Below are positions 55,034-64,000 of a DNA stretch of 64,000 bases, piece by piece (within the stretch, counting starts at the first letter, position 1; each line of letters starts with the position of its first letter). Under the pieces are notes generated by a model. That model made no database searches, was not told where the DNA came from, and saw nothing but the letters and a program-made list of their open reading frames with translations. Made by a program: the position numbers and the translations under genes. The DNA is from Clostridia bacterium. GTDB taxonomy: Bacteria; Bacillota; Clostridia; Oscillospirales; QAMX01. Location: contig JAFXIT010000056.1 of NCBI GenBank assembly GCA_017532825.1, forward strand, positions 6,024 through 70,023. Reading direction: 5' to 3'.

Positions 55034-56290
55034 ATGAAGACCCCGTTTATTACCCTGGAAAAGGCCCGTGAGATAACAAAACAATTTCCCACCCCCTTCC
55101 ATATTTACGATGAAAAGGGAATAATTGAAAACCTTGAGCGGTTCAAAGCGGCATTTTCCTGGAACAAGGGCTTCAGGGAGTATTTTGCCGTCAAGGCGAC
55201 CCCCACACCCGGCATAATAAAGCTCCTTACCGACCGAGGATGCGGCACCGACTGCTCCTCTCTGACCGAGCTTATGCTCTCGGAGAAAATGGGAATAACG
55301 GGGGAGAGGATCATGTTCTCCTCCAACGCCACCCCTCCCGAGGAGTTCGTGCTTGCAAGAAAGCTCGGTGCTATCATAAACCTCGACGATATAACCCATA
55401 TCGACTTCCTTGAGCGTGTCGCAGGCCTCCCCGAGACCATCTGCTGCCGCTATAACCCGGGAGTGTTCACCATCAGCAACTCGATCATGGACGAGCCCTC
55501 CAACGCAAAGTACGGCTTTACCCGTCCCCAGCTCTCCGAAGGCTTCAAAACGTTACTTTCCAAGGGTGTAAAGCACTTTGGTTTACACGCCTTTTTATCC
55601 AGCAATACCTCTACCGAGGAGTATTATCCCACCCTTGCAAGGGAGCTTTTCAAGACCGCCGTCGAGCTGAAAAAAGAGACCGGGGCGCACATCTCCTTTA
55701 TCAACCTTTCGGGCGGTATCGGCATACCCTATTATCCCGACCAGGCACCAAACGATATCGCCCTTATCGGCGAGGGTGTCAAAAAAGCCTATGAGGAGAT
55801 ACTCATCCCCGAGGGCATGGACGACGTGGCGATATACACCGAGCTTGGCAGATATATGCTTGCACCCTACGGTGCGCTCGTTGCCACGGCCATCCATCGC
55901 AAGGATACCCACAAGCACTATATAGGCCTTGACTCCTGCGCCTGCGACCTTATGCGTCCCGCAATGTACGGTGCATATCACCACATCACCGTCCTTGGCA
56001 AGGAGGATGCGCCGAAGGTACAGACCTACGACGTGACAGGCTCCCTGTGCGAGAACAACGACAAGTTTGCCGTCGACCGCCTTCTTCCCGAGATAGAGAT
56101 GGGCGATCTGATATACATCCACGATGCAGGCGCTCACGGACGGGCGATGGGATATAACTATAACGGCAAGCTCCGTGCGGGAGAGCTGCTGCTGCACACC
56201 GACGGAAGCGTCGAGATGATACGAAGGAGAGAGACCCCCGAGGATTACTTTGCAACCCTCGACTTCACGGGTCTGTTTGACGAAAAATGA
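55034..56290 (+). CDS. lysA: PLP-dependent decarboxylase, diaminopimelate decarboxylase family
   Basis: …YFAVKATPTPGIIKLL… alanine-racemase-like TIM barrel plus a C-terminal beta domain. 418 aa. Confidence 0.65.
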   Translation: MKTPFITLEKAREITKQFPTPFHIYDEKGIIENLERFKAAFSWNKGFREYFAVKATPTPGIIKLLTDRGCGTDCSSLTELMLSEKMGITGERIMFSSNATPPEEFVLARKLGAIINLDDITHIDFLERVAGLPETICCRYNPGVFTISNSIMDEPSNAKYGFTRPQLSEGFKTLLSKGVKHFGLHAFLSSNTSTEEYYPTLARELFKTAVELKKETGAHISFINLSGGIGIPYYPDQAPNDIALIGEGVKKAYEEILIPEGMDDVAIYTELGRYMLAPYGALVATAIHRKDTHKHYIGLDSCACDLMRPAMYGAYHHITVLGKEDAPKVQTYDVTGSLCENNDKFAVDRLLPEIEMGDLIYIHDAGAHGRAMGYNYNGKLRAGELLLHTDGSVEMIRRRETPEDYFATLDFTGLFDEK

Positions 56291-57252
56291 ACTATATAAC
56301 CACATCCATATACACTACCTCCGAGGGCATCGAGCCGCTGTGTGACCGTCTTACGGCGGTCGGTGCACAGGGCTTCTCGGTCGAGGACGAGCAGGAGTTT
56401 AACGACTTTCTGGAAAACAACAAAAAATACTGGAACTACGTCGACGAGGAATTTGCCGACAGCCGCAAGGGGCTTTCCCGTGTGACGGTGTATACCGCAC
56501 CCGAGGACGATCTGCCCAAGCGTCTTCCCGACGTTCTTGCGAGACTTCGGGAGGATCTTCCCGAGATAGATTTCGGAAGTCTCAGGATCGAGACGGGTGA
56601 GGTCGACGAGAACGAATGGGCAGACAGCTGGAAGAAATACTATAAGCCCTTCAACGTCGGCTCACGTCTGCTTGTCCGCCCCGAATGGGAGGAGACCGAT
56701 AACCCCGAGGGAAGAGTGGTATTTATCAACAACCCCGGCATGGCCTTCGGAAGCGGTGAGCACGAGACCACAAGGCTGTGCATGACCGAGCTTGAAAGGC
56801 TTATAAAGGGCGGGGAAAAGGTGCTGGATATGGGCTGCGGAAGCGGCATTCTGTCGATCGTATCGGTGCTTCTGGGTGCGGAAAGCGCCCTGGGCGTAGA
56901 CATTGACTCCAACGCTGCAGAGGTATCGGCGGACAACGCCGCACTCAACTCGGTCTCGGACAAGACCCGCTTTCTTGCAGGTGACCTGCTTGAGTCCCCC
57001 GACCTTATTTCCGTACCCGAGGGCGGATTTGACGTTGTTTGTGCCAATATCGTTGCCGACGTTATCATAGCCCTTCTGCCGACAGCCTTCGACTGTCTTA
57101 AGGACGGAGGCGTATTTATAACCTCGGGCATCATCGATGACAGGTTTGAAGAAGTAAAAGCGGCCGTTGCCGACCGCTTTGAGATAGTATCTACCGCAAA
57201 GGACTCCTCCTGGTGTCAGATAACTGCCCTTAAAAGAGTCCAAAAGCCTTGA
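56287..57252 (+). CDS. prmA: ribosomal protein L11 methyltransferase
   Basis: NPGMAFGSGEHETTRLCM, VLDMGCGSGILSI. Confidence 0.85.
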   Translation: MNYITTSIYTTSEGIEPLCDRLTAVGAQGFSVEDEQEFNDFLENNKKYWNYVDEEFADSRKGLSRVTVYTAPEDDLPKRLPDVLARLREDLPEIDFGSLRIETGEVDENEWADSWKKYYKPFNVGSRLLVRPEWEETDNPEGRVVFINNPGMAFGSGEHETTRLCMTELERLIKGGEKVLDMGCGSGILSIVSVLLGAESALGVDIDSNAAEVSADNAALNSVSDKTRFLAGDLLESPDLISVPEGGFDVVCANIVADVIIALLPTAFDCLKDGGVFITSGIIDDRFEEVKAAVADRFEIVSTAKDSSWCQITALKRVQKP

Positions 57253-58381
57253 TAAGACGTCCAAACGCCTTGAAAAATCCGAGTTTTTTAATACCGTGGG
57301 AGGCTACGACGTCGACAGTGCCAAGCAGCTCGCCGTCAAGATAGACCTTAAGCTCGCCGACCTTCACTCCCTCGGCTATGGGAGCGCAAAGGGAGCCCGG
57401 AATACTTAATATCCGCTCCACACGCTCCGCGCCCCCTCTTGGGATGAGTACCGAGCCGCCCTGCGACAGAACGGGGGTAAGGCTCTCGCTCTCTCCGTAG
57501 AGCACGGGTATATCGACTAACTCGACCTCGCCGACAAGCTGTATCTGCTCAAAGGCCGCAAAGCCGTGGTCAAGCAAGGCTTGGGCGCTCTGGAAGCGAA
57601 GGTCGGCGTTTTCGCAGGCCATAACGACCGCACAGAGTCTCCGTCCGTCCCTTTCGGCAGTTGCCGAGAGACAGAATTTTGCCTTGCCGGTCGAGCCTGT
57701 CTTGAGGCCGGTTATTCCGTTGTAGAGACGTACGAGCTTGTTGGTGTTTACAAGCTCAAACTCTCCGCCTCGGACACTGTCCATCCAGGTAGTGGCATAG
57801 AGGTGAGCCTGGGGCAGAGCCGAAAAGGCACGTGACATTATTGCGATATCCCGTGCGGAGGTGTAGTGTCCGTCCTCGTCAAGACCGCAGGCGTTTTTAA
57901 AGCAGGTATTGACCATACCGAGCTCCTTGGCCTTTTGGTTCATCAGCCCAACGAAGACATCCTCGCTCCCGCCCACGTATTCCGCAAGGGCGACCGCCGC
58001 ATCGTTTGCCGATGCTATGGCGACCGATTTGAATAGGTCCTCGACGGTCATCTGTTCGCCGACCTTGAGGTATATCTGCGAGCCGCCCATGGAGCAGGCG
58101 TGCTCGCTTGCCGTGACGGTGTCGGAAAAGCTTATCTTCCCCTCGTTAACGGCAATGGAAACAAGCAGCATGGTCATTATCTTGGTTACGCTGGCAGGCG
58201 CAAGGCGTGCGTCTGCGTTTTTTTCAAACAGGACACTGCCGCTGTCAAGGTCGATAAGTATTGCCGAAAGTGCAGGCAGGTCGTCTATCCCTACCGATAC
58301 CGTGACGTTTTCCTCGCCCGACGCCCATATGGGTGTGGCCGAGATCGCTATGATCAATACAAACAATAAAAGCCGTTTCAT
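57230..58381 (-). CDS. D-alanyl-D-alanine carboxypeptidase (S11, DacA/DacF-like)
   Basis: Signal peptide MKRLLLFVLIIAISA. SVTKIMT (SxxK), SGN and KTG motifs. Start at ATG 58381 with RBS GGAGGG. The track's N-terminal extension to 58783 is not supported. Confidence 0.8.
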   Translation of the reverse strand: MKRLLLFVLIIAISATPIWASGEENVTVSVGIDDLPALSAILIDLDSGSVLFEKNADARLAPASVTKIMTMLLVSIAVNEGKISFSDTVTASEHACSMGGSQIYLKVGEQMTVEDLFKSVAIASANDAAVALAEYVGGSEDVFVGLMNQKAKELGMVNTCFKNACGLDEDGHYTSARDIAIMSRAFSALPQAHLYATTWMDSVRGGEFELVNTNKLVRLYNGITGLKTGSTGKAKFCLSATAERDGRRLCAVVMACENADLRFQSAQALLDHGFAAFEQIQLVGEVELVDIPVLYGESESLTPVLSQGGSVLIPRGGAERVERILSIPGSLCAPIAEGVKVGELKVYLDGELLGTVDVVASHGIKKLGFFKAFGRLIKAFGLF

Positions 58382-58426
58382 TTTACCATCCCTCCGCTTG
58401 AAATATATGAGAAAGGAGCTGCCCGT

Positions 58427-59686
58427 ATGACCGTCGCTTTTTTTACCCTCGGCTGTAAGACAAACCAGTTTGAAAGTCAGGCAATGGAAAAGCTTTTCTC
58501 GGCAAAAGGATGGAAGGTAACCGCCTTCGACGGCGATGCCGACGTCTACGTAATTAATTCCTGCACCGTGACCTCTACGGGCGATCAGAAGACCCGTCAG
58601 TGCGTCAGACGGACAAGGCGTCTTCATCCGAACTCCTTTATTGCCGTCTGCGGCTGCTCGGCACGCCTTCACGGCGAAGAGCTTCTTTCTCTCTGCGGAG
58701 CCGACCTTGTCAGCGGAAACCGAGACCATGAGGGCTTTGTTGGGGAGATAATAAGGAGCGTTTCGGAACGTACCGAGCCCCACCTTTTCAAGGAGAGCAG
58801 GGAGGACGAGTTTGTAAGACTGCCATCGGGCGGGCTTTCGGAGCGTACACGTGCCCTTTTGAAGGTCGAGGACGGATGTGAGAACTTCTGTACCTATTGT
58901 ATAATACCCTATGCAAGAGGCAGGGTCAGATGCCTTCCGATGAAGGAGGCACTTGAGGATGCCGAAAGTCTCTGCAACGAGGGCTATAAGGAGATAGTAC
59001 TGACGGGCATAGAGCTTTCCGCCTACGGCGAGGGTCTTTGTGAGCTTATAGTAGGACTTTGCGGGGTGATGAGGGGACGTGCAAGGCTGAGCCTTGGATC
59101 CCTCAAGCCGACGACACTTACCGAGGATTTCTGCAAAAGGCTATCCTCCCTTGATAATCTATGTCCGCACTTCCACCTTTCTGTACAGTCGGGCTGTGAC
59201 GCCACCCTGAAGCGTATGAACCGACACTACACCTCCGATGATGTTCTTGCCGTTGCCGAGAGGTTAAGAAGGTATTTTGAGGGCGCGAACATTACCGTCG
59301 ACATAATAACCGGCTTCCCCGGAGAGGATGAAGCCGAGTTTGCCGCAACGGTGGAGTTTATCCGCTGTCTGCGCCCGGGATACGCCCACGTTTTTCCCTA
59401 TTCCGAAAGGGAAGGAACTCCTGCGGTAAGGCTTTCGGGCTCGGTAGAGAAAAAAGAGCGTGAGCGACGTGCCGCAAGAATAAGCAGGATAGCCTCCGAG
59501 TCGAGACTTGAGCTTCTTCGGTCTCAGATAGGACGGGAGCTCAACGTCCTTGTTGAGCGTGACGGCGGCGGCTATACCGACAACTATATCTATACCCGCA
59601 TAAAGGGCGACGTAGGACAAAACGAGCTTGTACGGGTAAGGGTGACCGACACCGACGGAAAAGAACTTTTTGCAGAGCTCATATAG
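58427..59686 (+). CDS. mtaB: radical-SAM methylthiotransferase, MtaB-like
   Basis: UPF0004/MTTase N-terminus (FTLGCKTNQFES), CENFCTYC radical-SAM motif, TRAM-like C-terminus. Confidence 0.7.
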   Translation: MTVAFFTLGCKTNQFESQAMEKLFSAKGWKVTAFDGDADVYVINSCTVTSTGDQKTRQCVRRTRRLHPNSFIAVCGCSARLHGEELLSLCGADLVSGNRDHEGFVGEIIRSVSERTEPHLFKESREDEFVRLPSGGLSERTRALLKVEDGCENFCTYCIIPYARGRVRCLPMKEALEDAESLCNEGYKEIVLTGIELSAYGEGLCELIVGLCGVMRGRARLSLGSLKPTTLTEDFCKRLSSLDNLCPHFHLSVQSGCDATLKRMNRHYTSDDVLAVAERLRRYFEGANITVDIITGFPGEDEAEFAATVEFIRCLRPGYAHVFPYSEREGTPAVRLSGSVEKKERERRAARISRIASESRLELLRSQIGRELNVLVERDGGGYTDNYIYTRIKGDVGQNELVRVRVTDTDGKELFAELI

Positions 59687-59720
59687 ATCAAAGACGGGAC
59701 ATACCCTCAAATAAGGGGGT

Positions 59721-60311
59721 ATGTCTTTTATTATGGAAAGGAAAAAGGAAAGCCGATTTTTTTATTATTTATTCGTGCTGATATCTGTTGCGGGAATTAT
59801 ACTCCTGCTTCGCCGCCCGATAGGAAGAGCGGTCACACACATACGGGAAAACCAAAGCACGACGGCACAAAGGGGAGGGGTGACCCTCAGCATAACCGCA
59901 CAAAAGGCCACCGAGCTTGCCTCCGAGCTGATCTCGGCAGGATTTATGTCCGAGCCGACGATAGGCTTTGAAAACGGGGAGGTAAGGCTCGAGGCAACGG
60001 TGTCGGTATCCGAGCTTATACCGACCCGTGTGCAGCAGAGCTATCCCGAGCTTGGGATGCTGGTGCGTATGCTTCCGCAGAACGAGCGGCTTGGCGTAGG
60101 CTTTGAGGTGTCGGCCGAAAACGGAGAGCTTCTGCTGGAACTCAAACGGCTCTCTGTACGGGGCTACGGTCTGCCGCTTGGACTTCTTCCCAAGGAGATA
60201 AGGGAGGATATAGGAGCTTTGATACTTTCCGGCTCGGGTGCCGACAGACTCGGACTCAAGATCACCTCAGTCACCGCCGAGGACGGATGTCTTACCCTAA
60301 AAGCAGAATAA
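59721..60311 (+). CDS. hypothetical membrane-anchored protein
   Basis: One N-terminal transmembrane helix. I recognise no domain. Confidence 0.35.
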   Translation: MSFIMERKKESRFFYYLFVLISVAGIILLLRRPIGRAVTHIRENQSTTAQRGGVTLSITAQKATELASELISAGFMSEPTIGFENGEVRLEATVSVSELIPTRVQQSYPELGMLVRMLPQNERLGVGFEVSAENGELLLELKRLSVRGYGLPLGLLPKEIREDIGALILSGSGADRLGLKITSVTAEDGCLTLKAE

Positions 60312-60360
60312 CAAAACGCCCGCACACAGAAGTGTACGGGCGTTGTTTATTGAGCGTTGA

Positions 60361-61371
60361 TTACTTGAGCTCGGCGAAGTACTTGATGGTGCGGACCATC
60401 TGAGAAACGTAGGAGTTCTCGTTGTCGTACCAGGAAACGACCTGAACCTGATAGGTCTCGTCGTCGATCTTGGTGACCATGGTCTGGGTAGCATCAAAGA
60501 GGGAGCCGTAGGTGATGCCGATGACGTCGGTGGAGACGATCTCGTCGGTGTTGTAGCCGAAGGAATCGGAGGCGGCGGCCTTCATGGCGGCGTTGATGCC
60601 TTCCTTGGTTACGTCGGTGCCCTTAACAACGGCTACGAGGATGGTGGTGGAGCCGGTGCAGACGGGGACACGCTGAGCGGAGCCGATGAGCTTGCCGTTG
60701 AGCTCGGGGATGACAAGACCGATGGCCTTGGCAGCGCCGGTGGAGTTGGGAACGATGTTCATAGCGGCAGTGCGGCTGCGGCGGAGGTCACCCTTGCGCT
60801 GGGGGCCGTCGAGGGGCATCTGGTCGCCGGTGTAGGCGTGAACGGTGGTCATGATGCCGGAGACGATGGGGGCGTACTTATTCAGAGCGTCGGCCATAGG
60901 AGCAAGGCAGTTGGTGGTGCAGGAAGCGGCGGAGATGATGTTGTCCTCGGCGGTGAGGGTGTTCTCGTTTACGCTGTAAACGATGGTGGGCAGATCGTTG
61001 CCGGCGGGGGCGGAGATGACGACCTTCTTGGCGCCTGCGGTGATGTGGGCAGAGGCCTTTTCCTTGGAGGTGTAGAAGCCGGTGCACTCGAGGACGACGT
61101 CAACGTCGAGCTTGCCCCAGGGCAGATCGGCGGCGTTCTTCTCGGCGTAGATCTTTATTTCCTGTCCGTCGACGATGATGGAATCCTCGGTGGCCTCGAC
61201 GGGCTTGCCGTAACGACCCTGAGCGGAGTCGTACTTAAGAAGGTGAGCAAGCATCTTGGGGCTGGTCAGGTCGTTGATGGCAACGACTTCGTAGCCGGGA
61301 GCCTGGAACATCTGACGGAATGCGAGACGGCCGATGCGGCCGAAACCGTTGATAGCTATTTTGATGGACAT
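60361..61371 (-). CDS. gap: glyceraldehyde-3-phosphate dehydrogenase
   Basis: [15 protein letters not shown]…, SCTTNCLAP active site. Start at ATG 61371 with RBS AGGAGG. Confidence 0.9.
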   Translation of the reverse strand: MSIKIAINGFGRIGRLAFRQMFQAPGYEVVAINDLTSPKMLAHLLKYDSAQGRYGKPVEATEDSIIVDGQEIKIYAEKNAADLPWGKLDVDVVLECTGFYTSKEKASAHITAGAKKVVISAPAGNDLPTIVYSVNENTLTAEDNIISAASCTTNCLAPMADALNKYAPIVSGIMTTVHAYTGDQMPLDGPQRKGDLRRSRTAAMNIVPNSTGAAKAIGLVIPELNGKLIGSAQRVPVCTGSTTILVAVVKGTDVTKEGINAAMKAAASDSFGYNTDEIVSTDVIGITYGSLFDATQTMVTKIDDETYQVQVVSWYDNENSYVSQMVRTIKYFAELK

Positions 61372-61506
61372 AGTGGTTTTCCTCCTAATTTGTATTGATG
61401 CTATTATACACCCATTCGGGGAGATATACAATAGTAAAATTGTTAAATTTTGTATCTTCCGTGAGGCTTGTTTGATTCGAAATCAACCAATACCCTCTCT
61501 TAAGAC

Positions 61507-62577
61507 TTAAAGCAGGCAGTGGATGGACTGATTAGTGCGGGAGGATTCGTAGATCATATCTATTACCTTCATCAGTCGGAGACTCTGCTCGGGGGTGACG
61601 ATGAGATCCTCGGTGCCGTCAAGGGCGGCGGTGTAGTTCTCATAAAACCTCTGCCAGAGGTTGGGGAAGTTGGACTGTCCGATGGGGACGAGCGGCTCTG
61701 TCTTGTAGGTCTCGGTAAGGACACGGGAGGTGATGGTCACGGGTCCCTGCTCACGGTAGCAAAGGTCGTCGGCGTACCTCTCGCCGGTGACGGTGGCGTA
61801 GGTGACGTTGCCGGGGGTGTCCTCGTCGGGGATGACTATGCAGCCCTTGTCGCCGTGGACGGTCCAGAGCGGCTCTCCCGCAAAGGCGTAGTGCATGGTC
61901 TCGACAAGCAGCTTGCAGCCGTTGTCAAAGGTGATATTGACTATGGCGTTGTCGTCGGCACGGGAAAGGATGTTGTGTACCTTTGCTCCTACCTCTACGA
62001 TCTTATGCTCGCGCATGAGCCAGATGGTCCTGTCCAAAAGGTGGATGCCCCAGTCCATAAGGAAGCCGCCGCCGTTGAGGGGATCGTTGCGCCAGCCGTA
62101 GACTACGCCGCCCGAGCCATGGATGCGGTGCTTGATATAGAAGGGGGTGCCGATCTTGCCGGATTCGACGATACTCTTGACGTTCATGAAGTTGCCGTCC
62201 CAGCGGCGGTTCTGGTGGGCCGCAAACTGCATACCGGTCTCCTTGGAGACGGCAATTATCTCTTCGAGCTCGGCAGCGTTCATGGTGACGGGCTTTTCGC
62301 ATATAACGTTCTTTCCTGCCCTCATTGCGGCGATCGAAAGGTCCTTGTGTACGTGATTGGGGGTGGCAACGACGATAATGTCGATATCCTTTTGCGCAAG
62401 CAGATCCTCTACCGAGCTGCAGGGACGGAGACCGTCCTCGACGACGTTTTTCATCATCTCGGGACGGATATCAAATGCGGCTGTGGGGATAACACAGTCG
62501 GTGAGCTCTCTGAGTCTTTTTGCATGGTATGCGCTTCCCATGTGGCCGTAGCCGATAATACCTGAACGGTGGGTCAT
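61507..62577 (-). CDS. Gfo/Idh/MocA family NAD(P)-dependent oxidoreductase
   Basis: GIIGYGHMGSAY Rossmann N-terminus. Start at MTHRSG with RBS AAGGAGA. Confidence 0.7.
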   Translation of the reverse strand: MTHRSGIIGYGHMGSAYHAKRLRELTDCVIPTAAFDIRPEMMKNVVEDGLRPCSSVEDLLAQKDIDIIVVATPNHVHKDLSIAAMRAGKNVICEKPVTMNAAELEEIIAVSKETGMQFAAHQNRRWDGNFMNVKSIVESGKIGTPFYIKHRIHGSGGVVYGWRNDPLNGGGFLMDWGIHLLDRTIWLMREHKIVEVGAKVHNILSRADDNAIVNITFDNGCKLLVETMHYAFAGEPLWTVHGDKGCIVIPDEDTPGNVTYATVTGERYADDLCYREQGPVTITSRVLTETYKTEPLVPIGQSNFPNLWQRFYENYTAALDGTEDLIVTPEQSLRLMKVIDMIYESSRTNQSIHCLL

Positions 62578-62683
62578 ATGCATTCTCCTTTGTACTGAAA
62601 TGACTCTGTGGTCGACTCCAATTATATCACGCTGTGTTTGGAAATACAAGTATCTTTATGGAAGGATATCACCGATATGTTGT

Positions 62684-62714
62684 TGACAATGTCCCGAAGA
62701 ATTTGGTATAATAA
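62684..62714 (+). promoter_or_regulatory. sigma-A promoter of the V-ATPase operon
   Basis: TTGACA, 17-nt spacer, TGgTATAAT. Confidence 0.5.
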
Positions 62715-62748
62715 TCGTAACTGTGAATGCCGAAAGGAGGATATCCCT

Positions 62749-63063
62749 ATGGCGATGAAAGATATTGAAAAGATCATACAGGCCGAGGAGCGTGCCGCCG
62801 AGATACGTGCTCAGGCCGCCGACCGTTCTGCGCAGATAGTTGCCGATGCAAAGGAAAAGGGCAGGGAAGAGGCTAAGGAAGCCGCCGTGCAGACCCGTGA
62901 AAGGGTAAAGGCGCTCTCGGAGCAGACTCAGTCCAAGTCCGACGCTGTTGCGGCAGAGGCCAAGGAAAAAGCGCTTAAGGAATGCCGTGAGCTTGAGCTT
63001 TCGGCAAATGAAAGAATGGATCAAGCGGTAAAGCTTATCTGCGAAAGGGTGGCTGACTGCTGA
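62749..63063 (+). CDS. V-type ATPase small coiled-coil subunit (G/H-like)
   Basis: ~104-aa Ala/Glu/Lys-rich helix. RBS AAGGAGG. It immediately precedes the subunit I gene. Confidence 0.5.
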   Translation: MAMKDIEKIIQAEERAAEIRAQAADRSAQIVADAKEKGREEAKEAAVQTRERVKALSEQTQSKSDAVAAEAKEKALKECRELELSANERMDQAVKLICERVADC

Positions 63064-63064
63064 G

Positions 63065-64000
63065 ATGGCTATTGTCAGAATGAAAAAGCTGACTCTTGCC
63101 GCACCCAAGGCGGTGAGCCGTTCTCTGATAAGCGAGCTGATGCGGTTAGGATGTGTGGAGATAGACCGTCCCAACCTCGACGATCCGTCGATAGCACCGT
63201 TTATAGAGTCCAAGGTATTGCAACGGGACGTTTCGGATAACGAGACCCTTGCGATACGGCTTTCCGAGCTTGAAGCGGCAAAGAAGCTGCTTGATAAATA
63301 CGCACCGGAGAAAAAACCGATGCTCTCTCCCAAAAGACAGGTGCATGAGTTTGCACTGTTTGACAGCGAGCTGACCGATTCGGCGGTAGCCGCAGCAGGG
63401 GAGATAAACGCAATATACGGAAAGATACGTGATATCGAGGGTGAAATTTCAGCCCTCAATGACCGCATCGAGGCGCTGATCCCCTGGGAGGATCTCGATC
63501 TTCCGCTTGACTACGTCGGAGGACGGGACTTTGAGGTAATACTGGGCGGATGTCCTTTATTCGTAAAGACCGAAGCCCTCGTCCCTCTTCTTCCCTCAAA
63601 AGCAGTGCTTTGGGAGGTAAAGGAGGACAAGACCAGACGTTACCTTGCGGCGGTAGTCCACCGTGAGGACAGCGACGAGCTCGTCGCATTGCTTCGCAAA
63701 AACTCCTTTACACGTGACGGCTTTGACGGCGTGAGCGGTACGGCAAGGGAAAACCTTACCGCACTCCGAGCCGAGCTTAAGCAAAAGCAGGCCGATAAGC
63801 TTGCTGCCGAAGGCGAGCTTACCGCATACGGCGAGAAGCGTGCGCTGATAGAGCAAAGCTGTGATGCGGTCATAAACGAAATGAGCAGGCAGGATACCAG
63901 AAACCTTATGCTTATGACCGACAACGTCGTGTTCTTCAGCGGATGGCTGCCTGCGGAGCTTGTAAAGCCCGTCGAAACCCTTTGCAACCGTCTGGGAGCC
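63065..64000 (+). CDS. V-type ATPase subunit I (a-subunit), 3' end outside window
   Basis: Open frame from ATG 63065 to the window end. MAIVRMKKLTLAAPKAVSRSLISELMRLGCVEI… matches the NtpI/subunit I N-terminus. Confidence 0.65.
   Translation, partial: MAIVRMKKLTLAAPKAVSRSLISELMRLGCVEIDRPNLDDPSIAPFIESKVLQRDVSDNETLAIRLSELEAAKKLLDKYAPEKKPMLSPKRQVHEFALFDSELTDSAVAAAGEINAIYGKIRDIEGEISALNDRIEALIPWEDLDLPLDYVGGRDFEVILGGCPLFVKTEALVPLLPSKAVLWEVKEDKTRRYLAAVVHREDSDELVALLRKNSFTRDGFDGVSGTARENLTALRAELKQKQADKLAAEGELTAYGEKRALIEQSCDAVINEMSRQDTRNLMLMTDNVVFFSGWLPAELVKPVETLCNRLGA

Noticed and set aside
59687-59720. Possible small RNA or terminator between mtaB and the hypothetical gene.
   Set aside because: Only a short gap with no convincing hairpin plus U-tract.

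Overview
This 64 kb window is a mostly core chromosomal segment of a GC-rich Firmicute (Clostridia-like), with strong third-position GC bias in codon use. That bias produces many long codon-aligned antisense ORFs in the track, which I treat as artefacts. The window contains, in order:

- **Surface proteins (2-2846):** two tandem BspA-type leucine-rich-repeat genes, each followed by a duplicated terminator-plus-promoter cassette.
- **pepF and a GNAT acetyltransferase (2942-5245).**
- **Shikimate/aromatic amino-acid supraoperon (5574-15513):** aroG-pheA-aroB-aroC-aroE/aroK fusion-aroQ-aroA-tyrA (frameshifted)-GNAT-ACT/ACT/MBL-fold protein. It is preceded by a 20-codon leader peptide with seven consecutive Tyr/Phe codons and a downstream terminator, which looks like a ribosome-mediated attenuator.
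- **T-box leader plus an unusual fusion gene (15590-18222):** a clear T-box riboswitch upstream of an XRE-HTH/cupin domain fused to an AMP-forming acyl-CoA synthetase.
- **Minus-strand block (18355-22467):** two hypothetical proteins, coaD, rsmD, uvrC and ptsH.
- **Division/cell-wall (dcw) cluster (22904-38159):** mraZ-rsmH-ftsL-PBP-murE-murF-mraY-ftsW-murG-murA-ftsQ followed by two tandem ftsZ paralogues. No murD, murC or ftsA is present in the window. Three phased GTGG MraZ boxes sit upstream of mraZ.
- **Regulated ABC transporter module (38272-42603):** OmpR-family response regulator, ABC ATPase, two ABC-2 permeases and a histidine kinase, with four direct CTTTAC repeats between the regulator gene and the transporter.
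- **Metabolic and transport genes (42649-50942):** a TIM-barrel isomerase, a DapA-family enzyme, rpe, a heterodimeric ABC exporter pair, and an AraM/AraL-like glycerol-1-phosphate dehydrogenase plus HAD-IIA phosphatase pair.
- **Membrane-raft and housekeeping genes (51095-63063):** DUF1836-NfeD-flotillin, an alanine/cation symporter, lysA-like, prmA, a D-Ala-D-Ala carboxypeptidase, a MtaB-like methylthiotransferase, gap, a Gfo/Idh/MocA oxidoreductase, and the first gene of a V-type ATPase operon.
- **Right edge:** V-ATPase subunit I, truncated by the window.

I found no CRISPR array, IS element, integrase or recognisable defence or toxin gene.

The candidates for new biology are the aromatic leader-peptide attenuator, the T-box-controlled HTH-cupin-acyl-CoA synthetase fusion, the tandem ftsZ pair and the ACT-ACT-MBL protein at the end of the aro operon.
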